NCBI GenBank assembly: GCA_964016885.1
Contig: OZ024742.1
Location: 78,244,001-78,308,000 of the forward strand
Length of the DNA: 64,000 nt
Direction: 5' to 3'
From: Eledone cirrhosa
Lineage: Eukaryota
Shown: one piece after another, positions 12,662 to 23,594 of the stretch
How positions within the stretch are numbered: the first letter of the stretch is position 1
Layout: the number at the start of each line of letters is the position of its first letter
The notes under the pieces: generated by a model
Told to the model about the DNA's origin: nothing
Seen by the model: the letters and a program-made list of their open reading frames with translations, nothing else
Databases searched by the model: none
Position numbers and translations under genes: made by a program

Positions 12662-14218
12662 GAAAATAAGCCAAAGAAGCCTTCAATACATCAAAAGTCT
12701 TTATTAGCCAACAATGTTTCGTCCTATTAAGGACTCATCAGAGCAAGTAAAGCTATAAGAAGCACTATCGGCCAATACAAGCCAAAGCTCAGAAGAATAT
12801 GGAGTATACATACATTGAAGCATAGGAAAATTATCAAGTAGAAATGATCAATTAAAAATTGCTAAGGAAGTGAATAACATTTTGAACCATATTACAAATA
12901 TAGTACAATGCAAAAACTAAAACTAAACACAAGTGGTGATATAAAGCGAGAATTACAGTACTATATATAATATAATATATAATATAATATAATTGATAAT
13001 GATAATAATAATAATATTAAAAGGCCCAATATACATATATATATATATACATATGTATACATATATATACATATATATCAATACACATATCCATCAATAC
13101 AAACACAAACTAACACTTATTAAGAGTTTAAATATAAATAAAAATAAAAATAAAAATATAATACATATATTATTTACAGTATAAAATGATAAAGAAATGA
13201 GTAAAAATAAACATATAATATATGATATACTATATAATTATATAATTTATAATCTCCAGTCAATTTGCACAAACAATATAAATATTACAATAACACTATA
13301 ATAACAATATTATAATATATTGGTGTATAACTTAACAAATCATATAAAGTTACACACAGGGTGAGAAAAAAATATCATACAGAACTAAATTGTGTTGAAA
13401 AAATTGTGCTGGAAAAATATCTATACCGTTGTAAGAAAACAGACGGAGGTCAAGTTTTTATACAATTGGTATAAATAAATATTATCTAAACATTACAAAA
13501 ATTATAAAAATATAAACATATTACAGAATTTACAAAATTTAACATAAGGGTACATCGAATAATCGGTAAATATTTAAGATCTATAGTACGATTACATAGA
13601 GTGATATGATATAACAACTTCAATATCAAATAATAAACATAGTATAATATACATAATTACATGGTTGGTAGACAGACATATGTGAATAAGTGAATAAGAA
13701 CCAGACATAAACTACGCACGGTAGTAAAAAAAATATAAATAAAATCAACCGGAAATCGAAAAACAAAAACAAATATATTTACTTAGGTGTCACAAGCAGT
13801 TAAGTAAAGAAATTTGGAATCAAACCCGGATAAATGACTAGAAAACCGTATTAAATTAATTATTATTGAAAGTATTTAAAATACATAATAAGTCAATACA
13901 AAAATTAGCTATGGTTTAAGTAATCAAAATCTCCAATGTTTAAGATATCTCAATAAAAATATCCAGAATAGAATGAAATATTCTACTATCAGTTGAATAA
14001 TGTTATCTAATAAACGGACTTTAGATAGAACTATGGTAGGCCAATGGATACAGAATAAAGAAAGGTATGGAGGATACGAAGGAGCATAAAATCATAATCA
14101 ATATACTGTATTATACAATAGAAAGGAGCATAAAAGGGAATTGAATATAATTATAGTATAATTGAAGGGGCGAATGACAAGTGTGTGTGGGGGGGGAGGG
14201 GGTTAATTATCTAAATGA
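12660..14218. repeat. Left inverted arm (~1559 bp)
   Basis: Aligned by eye to 15627-17187, with scattered substitutions and small indels. Confidence 0.95.
12699..12752 (-). ncRNA. Type I hammerhead ribozyme (left arm)
   Basis: Minus strand: ctttacttgct-CTGATGA-GTCCT-taat-AGGAC-GAAA-C-att-GTT-ggctaataaag. Confidence 0.85.
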
Positions 14219-14460
14219 GAATCCAAATAAAATAAAATAAAATAAAATAATATAAAATAAAATAAAATAAAATATATAATCAGATATAAACTCATAAGGT
14301 GTTAATAGTGAAAATATAATATTTAAGAAGATAGATATGGTATGGTAGCCGAAAGACTATGAAAGCTAGATCGAAAAGCTGTTAAAAACCAATAATAATA
14401 ATGATAATGATGGTGGTAAACAAAATGAACCTAAACAAAAAAGATAAGGGAATATAGCAG

Positions 14461-15630
14461 CTAATGGATACAATTTACTCTACCAGAACTTTTAGGTTTA
14501 TAATAAAAGTAAGAATTAGAGATGGCGTGGGAGCAGGAAGAGAATATCTCAGACTTTCTATTAAGTAAGAGTTCCCTAGAGAAAATTATAGAGTGTGTCT
14601 CAAGGATACAGAGATTACAGAATTTAGTGTGTGTTGATAGGTTATTAGAGCGTGCTACTATTCGCCAATTAAGGCTATATGGTATATTAGCCCCCTTAAG
14701 ATCCCAGATATGGTGTGCTAAAGAAGTAGAATTCTTAAACTTAACATGTTTAAAATTAGAGATATGAGAATTAAACCTAGTCTTAAAAGTGTTAGATGTT
14801 GAGCCTATATATGTGCTATTAGAGGAATTAGTTTTAACCACACAAGCATAAACGATGTTCCTAGAGAGGCAGTTACCGTTTAAAGGGCAGTTAACACTCA
14901 CTCTACAGTTACACTTCCGGGTGCTATTGATCGGCTGAAGTAGTGATGCATCACTCGTAGGGTTATTATGAGATAAGGTCTGCTCAGGTGGTAAGGCATT
15001 TATGGATCTATGCAGACTAGTAGTACGCATAGAGGAGTAGCCGTCCCTAATGTTCCCATTGTTAGTGCTAGCTAAATGAGAACTAATATTAGGGGTGGTA
15101 GAGAATGATAGTTTAATTACATTTTTATTAAAAATACCATGGTATTTATTAGTAGGAGGGAAATTTTTCTCTAAGATAGAAAAGATAGACCTAGGGATGT
15201 TAGTTAATACTTCCTGATCATATGGCGGGTTAAAATAAGTATTTAGTCTCCTTCTATTTCTATCCTTACCAACTCTACGGTTATCTAATATCCCATTATT
15301 AAGATCTGGGTTACTACGAGGATTAGTTAAAACCACATTATTAGAATCAGCCGAAACCCCATTGAGTCTCTTTCTGTTTCTACCTTTAGTATATCTACTG
15401 CTATCTGGAATCATATCAATAGGATTAGGGCTAATAATAGGATCAGTAGAAACAACACTATTAGAATTAGATTTAGCAAAAGCATTACTACTGAGTGAGC
15501 GCTCAGAGCGCCCAACTTGATCCCTAGAACTATTAGATTTCCTATTACGAATCCGGTGGCTTAACTTATGGATGGGTTCGGATACACCTATGTGATTTCT
15601 ACGATTCTTAAGCTTTCTACTCCCATTCAT
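14461..15630 (-). CDS. PLE GIY-YIG endonuclease with linker (389 aa, lacks RT)
   Basis: PLE linker YFNPPY..FP..IFN; CNCR..CPL..CL; IVY..YIG-ST; catalytic R (FKTRFNSH), E (CNLCILE), N (LLNRKSE); C-terminal CSH; no stops. Confidence 0.85.
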   Translation of the reverse strand: MNGSRKLKNRRNHIGVSEPIHKLSHRIRNRKSNSSRDQVGRSERSLSSNAFAKSNSNSVVSTDPIISPNPIDMIPDSSRYTKGRNRKRLNGVSADSNNVVLTNPRSNPDLNNGILDNRRVGKDRNRRRLNTYFNPPYDQEVLTNIPRSIFSILEKNFPPTNKYHGIFNKNVIKLSFSTTPNISSHLASTNNGNIRDGYSSMRTTSLHRSINALPPEQTLSHNNPTSDASLLQPINSTRKCNCRVSVNCPLNGNCLSRNIVYACVVKTNSSNSTYIGSTSNTFKTRFNSHISNFKHVKFKNSTSLAHHIWDLKGANIPYSLNWRIVARSNNLSTHTKFCNLCILETHSIIFSRELLLNRKSEIFSSCSHAISNSYFYYKPKSSGRVNCIH

Positions 15631-17184
15631 TTAGATAATTAACCCCCCCCCCCCACACACACACACACACTTGTCATTCGCCCCTTCAATTATACTATAA
15701 TTATATTCAATTCCCTTTTATGCTCCTTTCTATTGTATAATACAGTATATTGATTATGATTTTATGCTCCTTCGTATCCTCCATACCTTTCTTTTTTCTG
15801 TCCCCATTGGCCTACCATAGTTCTATTTAAAGTCCGTTTATTAGATAACGTTATTCAACTGATAGTAGTATATTTCATTCTATTCTGGATATTTTTATTG
15901 AGATATCTTAAACATTGGAGATTTTGACTACTTAAACCATAGCTAATTTTGTATTGACTTATTATGTATTTTAAATACTTTCAATAATAATTAATTTAAT
16001 ACGGTTTTCTAGTCATTTATCCGGGTTTGATTCCAAATTTCTTTACTTAACTGCTTGTGGCACCTAAGTAAATATATTTGTTTTTGTTTTTCGATTTCCG
16101 GTTGATTTTATTTATATTTTTTTACTACCGTGCGTAGTTTATGTCTGGTTCTTATTCACTTATTCACATATGTCTGTCTACCAACCATGTAATTATGTAT
16201 ATTATACTATGTTTATTATTTGATATTGAAGTTGTTATATCATATCACTCTATGTAATCGTACTATAGATCTTAAATATTTACCGATTATTCGATGTACC
16301 CTTATGTTAAATTTTGTAAATTCTGTAATATGTTTATATTTTTATAATTTTTGTAATGTTTAGATAATATTTATTTATACCAATTGTATGAAAACTTGAC
16401 CTCCGTCTGTTTTCTTACAACGGTATAGATATTTTTCCAGCACAATTTTTTCAACTCAATTTAGTTCTGTATGATATTTTTTTCTCACCCTGTGTGTAAC
16501 TTTATATGATTTGTTAAGTTATACGCCAATATATTATAATGTTGTTATTATAGTGTTATTGTAATATTTATATTGTTTGTGCAAATTGACCGGAGATTAT
16601 AAATTATAAAATTATATAGTATATTATATATTATATGTTTATTTTTACTCATTTCTTTCTCATTTTATACTGTAAATAATATATGTATTATATTTTTACT
16701 TTTATTTTTATTTATATTTAAACTCTTAATAAGTGTTAGTTTGTGTTTGTATTGATGGATATGTGTATTGATATATATGTATATATATGTATACATATGT
16801 ATATATATATATGTATATTGGGCCTTTTAATATTATTATTATTATCATTATCGATTATATTATATTATATTATATTATATATAGTACTGGAATTCTCGCT
16901 TTATATCACCACTTGTGTTTAGTTTTAGTTTTTGCATTGTACTATATTTGTAATATGGTTCAAAATGTTATTCACTTCCTTAGCAATTTTTACTTGATAA
17001 TTTTTACTTCATAATTTTCCTATGCTTTAATGTATGTATACTCCATATTCTTCTGAGTTTTTGGCTTGTATTGGCCGATAGTGCTTCTTATAGCTTTACT
17101 TGCCCTGATGAGTCCTTAATAGGACGAAACATTGTTGGCTAATAAAGACTTTTGATGTATTGAAGGCTTCTTTGGTTTATTTTC

Positions 17185-17187
<3 letters not shown>
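15627..17187. repeat. Right inverted arm (~1561 bp)
   Basis: Reverse complement of 12660-14218; its inner end supplies the ATG of the ORF. Confidence 0.95.
17094..17147 (+). ncRNA. Type I hammerhead ribozyme (right arm)
   Basis: ctttacttgcc-CTGATGA-GTCCT-taat-AGGAC-GAAA-C-att-GTT-ggctaataaag; stem I pairs at 9 of 11 positions. Confidence 0.85.
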
Positions 17188-17227
<40 letters not shown>

Positions 17228-17382
17228 TCATATATATATATATATATATAGAAAGAGATAGAGAGAGAGATACATATATTTATATATATCGAGAGCAAAA
17301 GAGGGTGAGAGAGAAAATGATATATAAATATATATATATATATATATTTATGTGTGTGTCTGTACATAAATAAATATTCATA

Positions 17383-17566
17383 GGTGGATTGGCAGTATCG
17401 GTAGAGGGTCGGTCATCATGCTTTGACACATAGAGTTACGGCCCTTTCTATTCTGAGTTCAAATCCCGCCGAGGTCAACTTTGCCTTTCATCCTTACGGG
17501 TTCGATAAAATAAAGTACCAGTAATGTACTGGATTATTGCTGGCCTTGTGCCAAAAGGTAGAAACA
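17383..17566 (+). mobile_element. tRNA-derived SINE, full length (octopus-type)
   Basis: A box tggcagtatcgg, B box gagttcaaatccc, tail ttgctggccttgtgcc..gtagaaac; many copies in the window. Confidence 0.85.
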
Positions 17567-17582
17567 AATATATATATTTATA

Positions 17583-17613
<31 letters not shown>

Positions 17614-17774
17614 CGAAAAGTGAGTGTGTATGTGTGTTTGTGTATGCAGATACAGATATGCATACATATATATATATGTATGCATATGCATTATCTATAT
17701 AAGTGTATATATCACCTTGACCGACCAATATGTCGGGCGTCGATTGGCGCCCGACAGATTGGTCACAGCACGTC

Positions 17775-17972
17775 TTGCTGTTTTAGCCATAAGACAACGC
17801 CATCACACTGGCTGGGTGGGCAGGCCAGTAGTCATTTCTAGAGGTGAGTAAACTGGAGCAACGTGAAATAAAGTGTCTTGCTCAAGGAAACAACACATCA
17901 CCCGGTCCGAGAATTGAACTCACAACCTTTCGATTGCAAGCCCAATGCTTTAACCACTAAGCCATGCGCCCT
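17775..17972 (-). mobile_element. tRNA-derived SINE, second family
   Basis: Minus strand: tggcttagtggttaaagc A box, gagttcaattctc B box, gttgtttccttgagcaagacact central domain. Confidence 0.75.
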
Positions 17973-17982
17973 CACGTGTGTA

Positions 17983-18029
<47 letters not shown>

Positions 18030-18061
18030 ATATATTTAAAAGAATAGAGGTGTATATATAT

Positions 18062-18098
<37 letters not shown>

Positions 18099-20454
18099 AC
18101 TGTAAATGTATACAAAAACATGCATATATAAAGAGATAGAGAGAGAGAGAGAGAGAGTGAGCGAGATCGAGAGAGAGAGAGAGAGACTTAAGGAGCGAGA
18201 GAGACAGAGAAAGAGACGGCTCTATTGTTAGGTCGGTATAACTTTATAGATACGTATGTGTGTATATATGACAATAAGGGTATGAATTTCTGCGTCCCGC
18301 TGTGTTATGTGAATGAATTATATTTGTGTATATTTACACATACATATTTATATACGTGCTCTTACATTTATGTGTGTATATATATATCATTAGATATATA
18401 AGCATATTAATTCGTGTATATATGGGTGTTTGTAAATGCATGTATATGTTTCGTATATGCATGGTTGTTTCGTAGCATTTGTGTCTGCAATGGAGTAGGC
18501 TTTCCTTTATTAATTTAATAATGTATATCTACTCTTTCAAAGCTGAAAGGCTAAACTAACCTTTAGTAAAGGGTAATAGATCGATTCTGGCATAATCTCA
18601 TCTTAATTAGACTATCAGATCAATTTAGACATACGTTTCCTGTAGTTGTATGTTATAGATTTATAAAATAGCGCCAAGATAAAAAATACAATTAAGTTAT
18701 ATATTTCGTTATCCCAAATTCGTTATCACCATTGACAATAGACAAAGCAAGAATCTTGCCACCTCTTTGCACTCACACACATTCACAATTACCTATATTT
18801 ACTTATTTAAATGTGTGTCCCTGTAATTACAGTACGGCGTAATAATACCTTATGTTTTTCAAATACACCCCTATGTTTTTATTTCAAATCCGACCAAAAT
18901 TGACTTTGCCTTTTATCCTTCCAGGATCGATGAAATACTATACCAATATAATTATGGTGTCGTTATAATCAATTCTTCTGCCCCACCACATTTCCGAACT
19001 TTCTGCATTGTACCTCAATAAGAAATGATTACTTTGTTGTTGTTTTTTGGTTTTCTTTTCTTTTGTTTTTTGTTGTGTTTTTTTTTTATAGTGTTCTGGA
19101 GATGTCTACATTATAGAACTTCACAAACGTTTTGGTTCAAATTTGGTCAAGAGCTAAACAAAGCACCTCAGAAAATCTTTCTCGGATGAGGAATGATACA
19201 ATAGCAGCATCTGAAAAACAAGACAAATTCCTTGCATTAAGTTGTTTCGCGTATGAATTCTGTTCCAGCAAGCGATTTATTCACATTTGTCTTCGCTGAA
19301 GTTAATCATAACTAACATTTATTTATGAGTATTTCTTTTGTTCAAATCGGAGTATTATGCGATATTGAAAATGGTTAGATAATAGATAATTATTTGCGGT
19401 CAATGCCTTTGCCATTGTGTCGGTGGAGCATAACCGAAACACCACTCTGACTTTAGAGTTGTCACCCTTTCCTCTTCCTCCATTCTTTCGTTGCTTAATA
19501 ATCCTTGCCCTTTTCGCCCTTTTCACTAATTTATAGTATTTTGCAACGCTACTTTTTTTCTTTGTTTAACTTAATACTAAATTCTTTATTATTTTTATGT
19601 AATTGAAAATTGTTCAACTAACAGCCTTTCGACTAGAGCCGTTCTCTTGCATCCAAATGTATTGGCCATTTAATTCCAAAATATTTAAAATAGATAATTT
19701 AGACCTTCAAATCTGCCAAAGTTTAGGTGGAATTTTAGGCGAAGTGGCTGGTAGTTTATTCAGAACAATCGCATATGATAATACGAGTTTTCCTGAATTT
19801 ACTGATGCGACGATTACGAGATTAATCGAATACCATCATTGTGATTGCCCATCTTTAAGATTACTGTTTCTCCCGAGTTTACAATTTGATTTCACTTCTT
19901 CAACATCTGCTCGGTGGTAAATATTTATTATACCCGTTTAGTCTCCATTTGTCAAAGATGTATCCTTTCAGCGCTTTTCAATGTGTTGCTATCTGTGCTA
20001 CAGAATTTCGACGAACTAGAAGACAAGCAGACGATAAAATATGTGGAAGACTCCACAGTCTTGGAGTCAGACACCCTGGATTTCCTTAGAATCAACACTA
20101 AACTACGGGGTCATGACATAATAATTTTAACAAGGATTAGTCGATAGATTTCTACTTCAGTAACTAGCAAAGCAAATCTATGGCTGACATCGGTTACTGC
20201 TTCATTGCTATCAGACTCGTATTTGTTTTTACTGAGCTATTGAAATTTAGACCGAGAAAAGGGGTTTGGTGTTCAGGATATTGGCAGACACTCAGGAAAG
20301 AGACCCATCGATAACTCAAACCAAGGAATCTATTGTTTAAATTGGTCTTTTCATTTCTAAAATGCTCGTCCGACTGGATAGTAAAATGTCCAGTGATACA
20401 TTGCAAAATAGGGTAGAGAAGTACAAGAATAACAATATCTTTTTTGATTTGTCT

Positions 20455-20800
20455 TTTTCATTCACTTATACCTGGGAGGGTCGTGGGGAAAGGCAGAGTC
20501 CTCAAGCCCGCTTTCCGGTGGGTCTTCGAAGAAGCCACCGTCTCCAATTAATCCAGTCGGATCCCCAAGCAAGGCTAGCCGAGCTCATGGATGTTATTCA
20601 ACCATGTTGTTGGTCCCGCTTGGGTCACTTGCCGATTAATTTTGCCCGTATAATATGTCCAGCGATTCTTTCCTGAGACATTCTAATCACATGTCGGGAG
20701 AATCGGAGTTTCTTAATTTGTAGAAGTAGCAGTTCTACCTGGAGCGACTCTCTGGTCGCATTATTTCGCTCATTACGAGTAACAATATTATTGAGGAGAT
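20455..20800 (-). mobile_element. Degenerate RTE-like LINE 3' fragment
   Basis: Minus-strand remnants of an RT C-terminal region and a 3' end ccccacgaccctcccagg. Confidence 0.45.
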
Positions 20801-22439
20801 CTTTATAGATGATATGAATTTTATTTTATTTAAGGTCGGAGAAAATTTTCAGATTTTTCCTCAGTAGTGTTAGCGGAGATTTCTTTAAAATTCGGAAGCG
20901 ATCTGCAGATATGCTTAGGCATGCAGCTAGGCTTGTTATAGATAAGGAATAAAAAAAGAATCCTCACTGCGCATTTTTCCGATTATTTTTTCAGGCTAAT
21001 TAATGGGAATGCCCGTTATGGTGTGTAAGACGATCTAGTTGTCAGTGGGCTCCATTTTGATGATAGATCCTCCCCTTCTCTTAGAAGTAATGGAAGGTGA
21101 GATCCGCGTGTTTCGTTGCTATGCAGTATGAGACAGTATCTTTGTCAAGATGGCAATTACTAAGAACAAGACTCTTTGTCTTCTATGAAATGACTACCAG
21201 CTCAACGTATCGCTTGAAACAGTGATGAGGGTGGAAGGTGAAATAAAATAAGAGCTACAGCAGCGATTTTAATGTTGATAAAAGGTTGACACTTGTTCCG
21301 TGAACTGGATTCGGCAAAAGGTATAGGCCAGGAACTGAGAGGTTGATTACACTGAATCTTTTACACTGTGCGTGTGTTCATATTTTAAGGATTTTTTTTT
21401 GATTTTTTTATTTTATATAATATATCTTTCAAAATGATTCGGCGTTGAATATAAAGCTATTACATCGAAGAAGAGTCCTTTTAGCCATTCAAAACACAAA
21501 AGAGCACTTAACATCACCTTACATTTATCATTTATTTCTTGGAGATGTCCGTCGCCGATTCAAGGAAAATGTGTCAGAGACCATGTAACAAACTATGCGA
21601 CGAAAGGTTTCACAAGAAATAATGATAAATGTGGAGTAACGTTATAGGTTTTTGGATGACGAAATTACTCTTTTACGGTGTAAATGCTTCAAAATATTGT
21701 TATATATATTTTGTATATACATACGTGCTGGTTATATCATCCTATGCTTTACTGGCTTGGTTTTCATTATATATACTAATGGTAAGACCACTCTGTGGTA
21801 TCTTGTCTCTTACATTACATTGTACAGTAATATAAAATGCAGAGTGTTATTTGAGGAATATTTAACTGCTATTTCTAGAAGGTCGAACGCCTTCACATGA
21901 TCGCTTCATTTTTAATTGAAGAACCTTTATTATTGTTATTCAACCCCAGATCACCCCGATTTAACAGGTGTAACTCATGACTAAAAACGTTTCAGCCATG
22001 AACATTCTAACTTTATTTAAGTCAATGCGGAATGATTCAAGGGCGACTTGACTCCTATTTCAAGTTGGACAAGTGATCATATAGAAGCTCTGGAGAAGAT
22101 CTGAGATACATTGACGTCACGTTCGTTGTTAAACAGTTAGAAATAACTCTCACACGCTATCTCTCCCTCCCTCCCATTCTTTTTATTCTTCTCGCCCACC
22201 TCTCCCATATCTCTCTTCCTCCCCTTCTCTATAGTTTCCCTCTATCTCTATTTTGTCTGTATCACTATCTCTCTTTCTTTCACTGTTTACTTCCTTCTGT
22301 CAGTGATATAGTTGGTGTTAGAGACTGCGATTTGAGTTCCATGGGAAGAACGTAGTAGGTTTTAAAGGGAAAGAGCTTAAGTTAAATATATTTAGATATA
22401 GATATTCTTAGACGAACATCATTATACTAAGGATTTGCA

Positions 22440-23420
22440 TCTCTTTTTATAATCCTCACATCAGCTATTATCATGAGAATTGTTTCTGTCCTCACTGACC
22501 ACATGTCTAGCATTTTATATTCTTTCAAAAATATACTGCCGTCAATTATAATTGATCCATCAATTAGAACATTTCCTATTTGTCTTTAACAATAATACCT
22601 GAACGATTTATCTTAATCTTCTTGCCTTTGGGGATTCGGATATACCATATAATTGTGTTCATTAGAATGTCGAATTAAATGCATCAAGTTTAATCCGGCT
22701 CTCTGCGCTATGAGGTTAAGTTTACCATTCCTTCTTTCAGGATTAATAGTACCTAGTGGTTCTAATGACAATCGGAATGACCATGATCTCTTGACAGTTC
22801 CAAATGCTTTTTAATTCCCACTTTAAATCCTGGAATCGGTTAATTTTCCCTTTCTCCTTTCCTTACACTTTTGTGTCAAAGGGGAAGGCTACTTCTACAA
22901 TCAGGCACGATCTTTTTTCCTTGTCTAAACCACCAGGTCGGGCCTATTGTGTTCTAATGTCTAGTCTGTCTGTATCCTGAAATCCCATAGCACCTTCACT
23001 TGATCGTTTTCTATCACCGACTCTGGCTTATGCTCATACCACTTCTCAGAATGCAGTAAATGATTTAGTTTGCATAAATACCAGTGAATCAGCTTTCCTA
23101 TTATATCGTGCCTCCAGCCTTTATAGTGAGTCTGGGCTAGGTGTTACGATACGGTGAGACTTTGGCTCACTCGGATACGATGTGAGCCAAAGTATCCTCT
23201 CTCTTTCTCTCTCCACAGATCCTACACAGTGAGCTAGCCTCCTCCTTGTCAATATGGTGTTTCACCCATTTCGTTCTGAGGGCTTGTTTTTGTGCAGCTA
23301 TACATTCCTTCTGTAGCTTTTTTAAGGTCTCCTATTTTCAACCAGCTTCATGTCTGTGGATCTCTGAATTCCGTTTTCTTACGAAAGGTGATACGAAGGG
23401 ATTTTCATGAAGGCTGCTCT
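22440..23420 (-). mobile_element. Degenerate R4/Dong-like LINE 3' part
   Basis: Clear nucleotide similarity to 40200-40960 (e.g. tgtctgtggatctct, aatcaggcacgatctttttt). Confidence 0.75.
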
Positions 23421-23424
23421 TGCT

Positions 23425-23561
23425 ATTATAGTTATTATTATTTTTTCATTATTAAATTGGTTTTGCTATTGTGCATTTTTATTTAATCTTACTGTAAACC
23501 CACACTGTCCGTGTCTTTGTATTGTCCCCTACGTGTCACCCTTTGTGGCCAATAAAGAAAG

Positions 23562-23593
<32 letters not shown>
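23425..23593 (+). mobile_element. Tx1-like LINE 3' UTR with (ATT)n tail
   Basis: ccctttgtggccaataaagaaagcattattatt matches the 3' ends at 33910-33946 and 40077-40127. Confidence 0.7.

Positions 23594-23594
<1 letters not shown>

Larger units (their letters stand above)
12660..17187 (-). mobile_element. Penelope-like element with long inverted arms, GIY-YIG ORF and no RT
   Basis: 12660-14218 is the near-identical reverse complement of 15627-17187; both outer ends abut (TA)n; an HHR lies near each outer end; the 1.4-kb spacer holds a GIY-YIG ORF. Confidence 0.9.

Noticed and set aside
12660-17187. DNA transposon (Foldback/Mutator/Polinton) reading of the long inverted repeats
   Set aside because: No DDE transposase or integrase; the ORF and HHRs are of PLE type
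17383-17470. tRNA-like A and B boxes
   Set aside because: SINE heads continuing into a repeated body; not tRNA genes
19603-20147. Overlapping short ORFs in unique-looking sequence
   Set aside because: No motif recognised; cannot be supported as host exons
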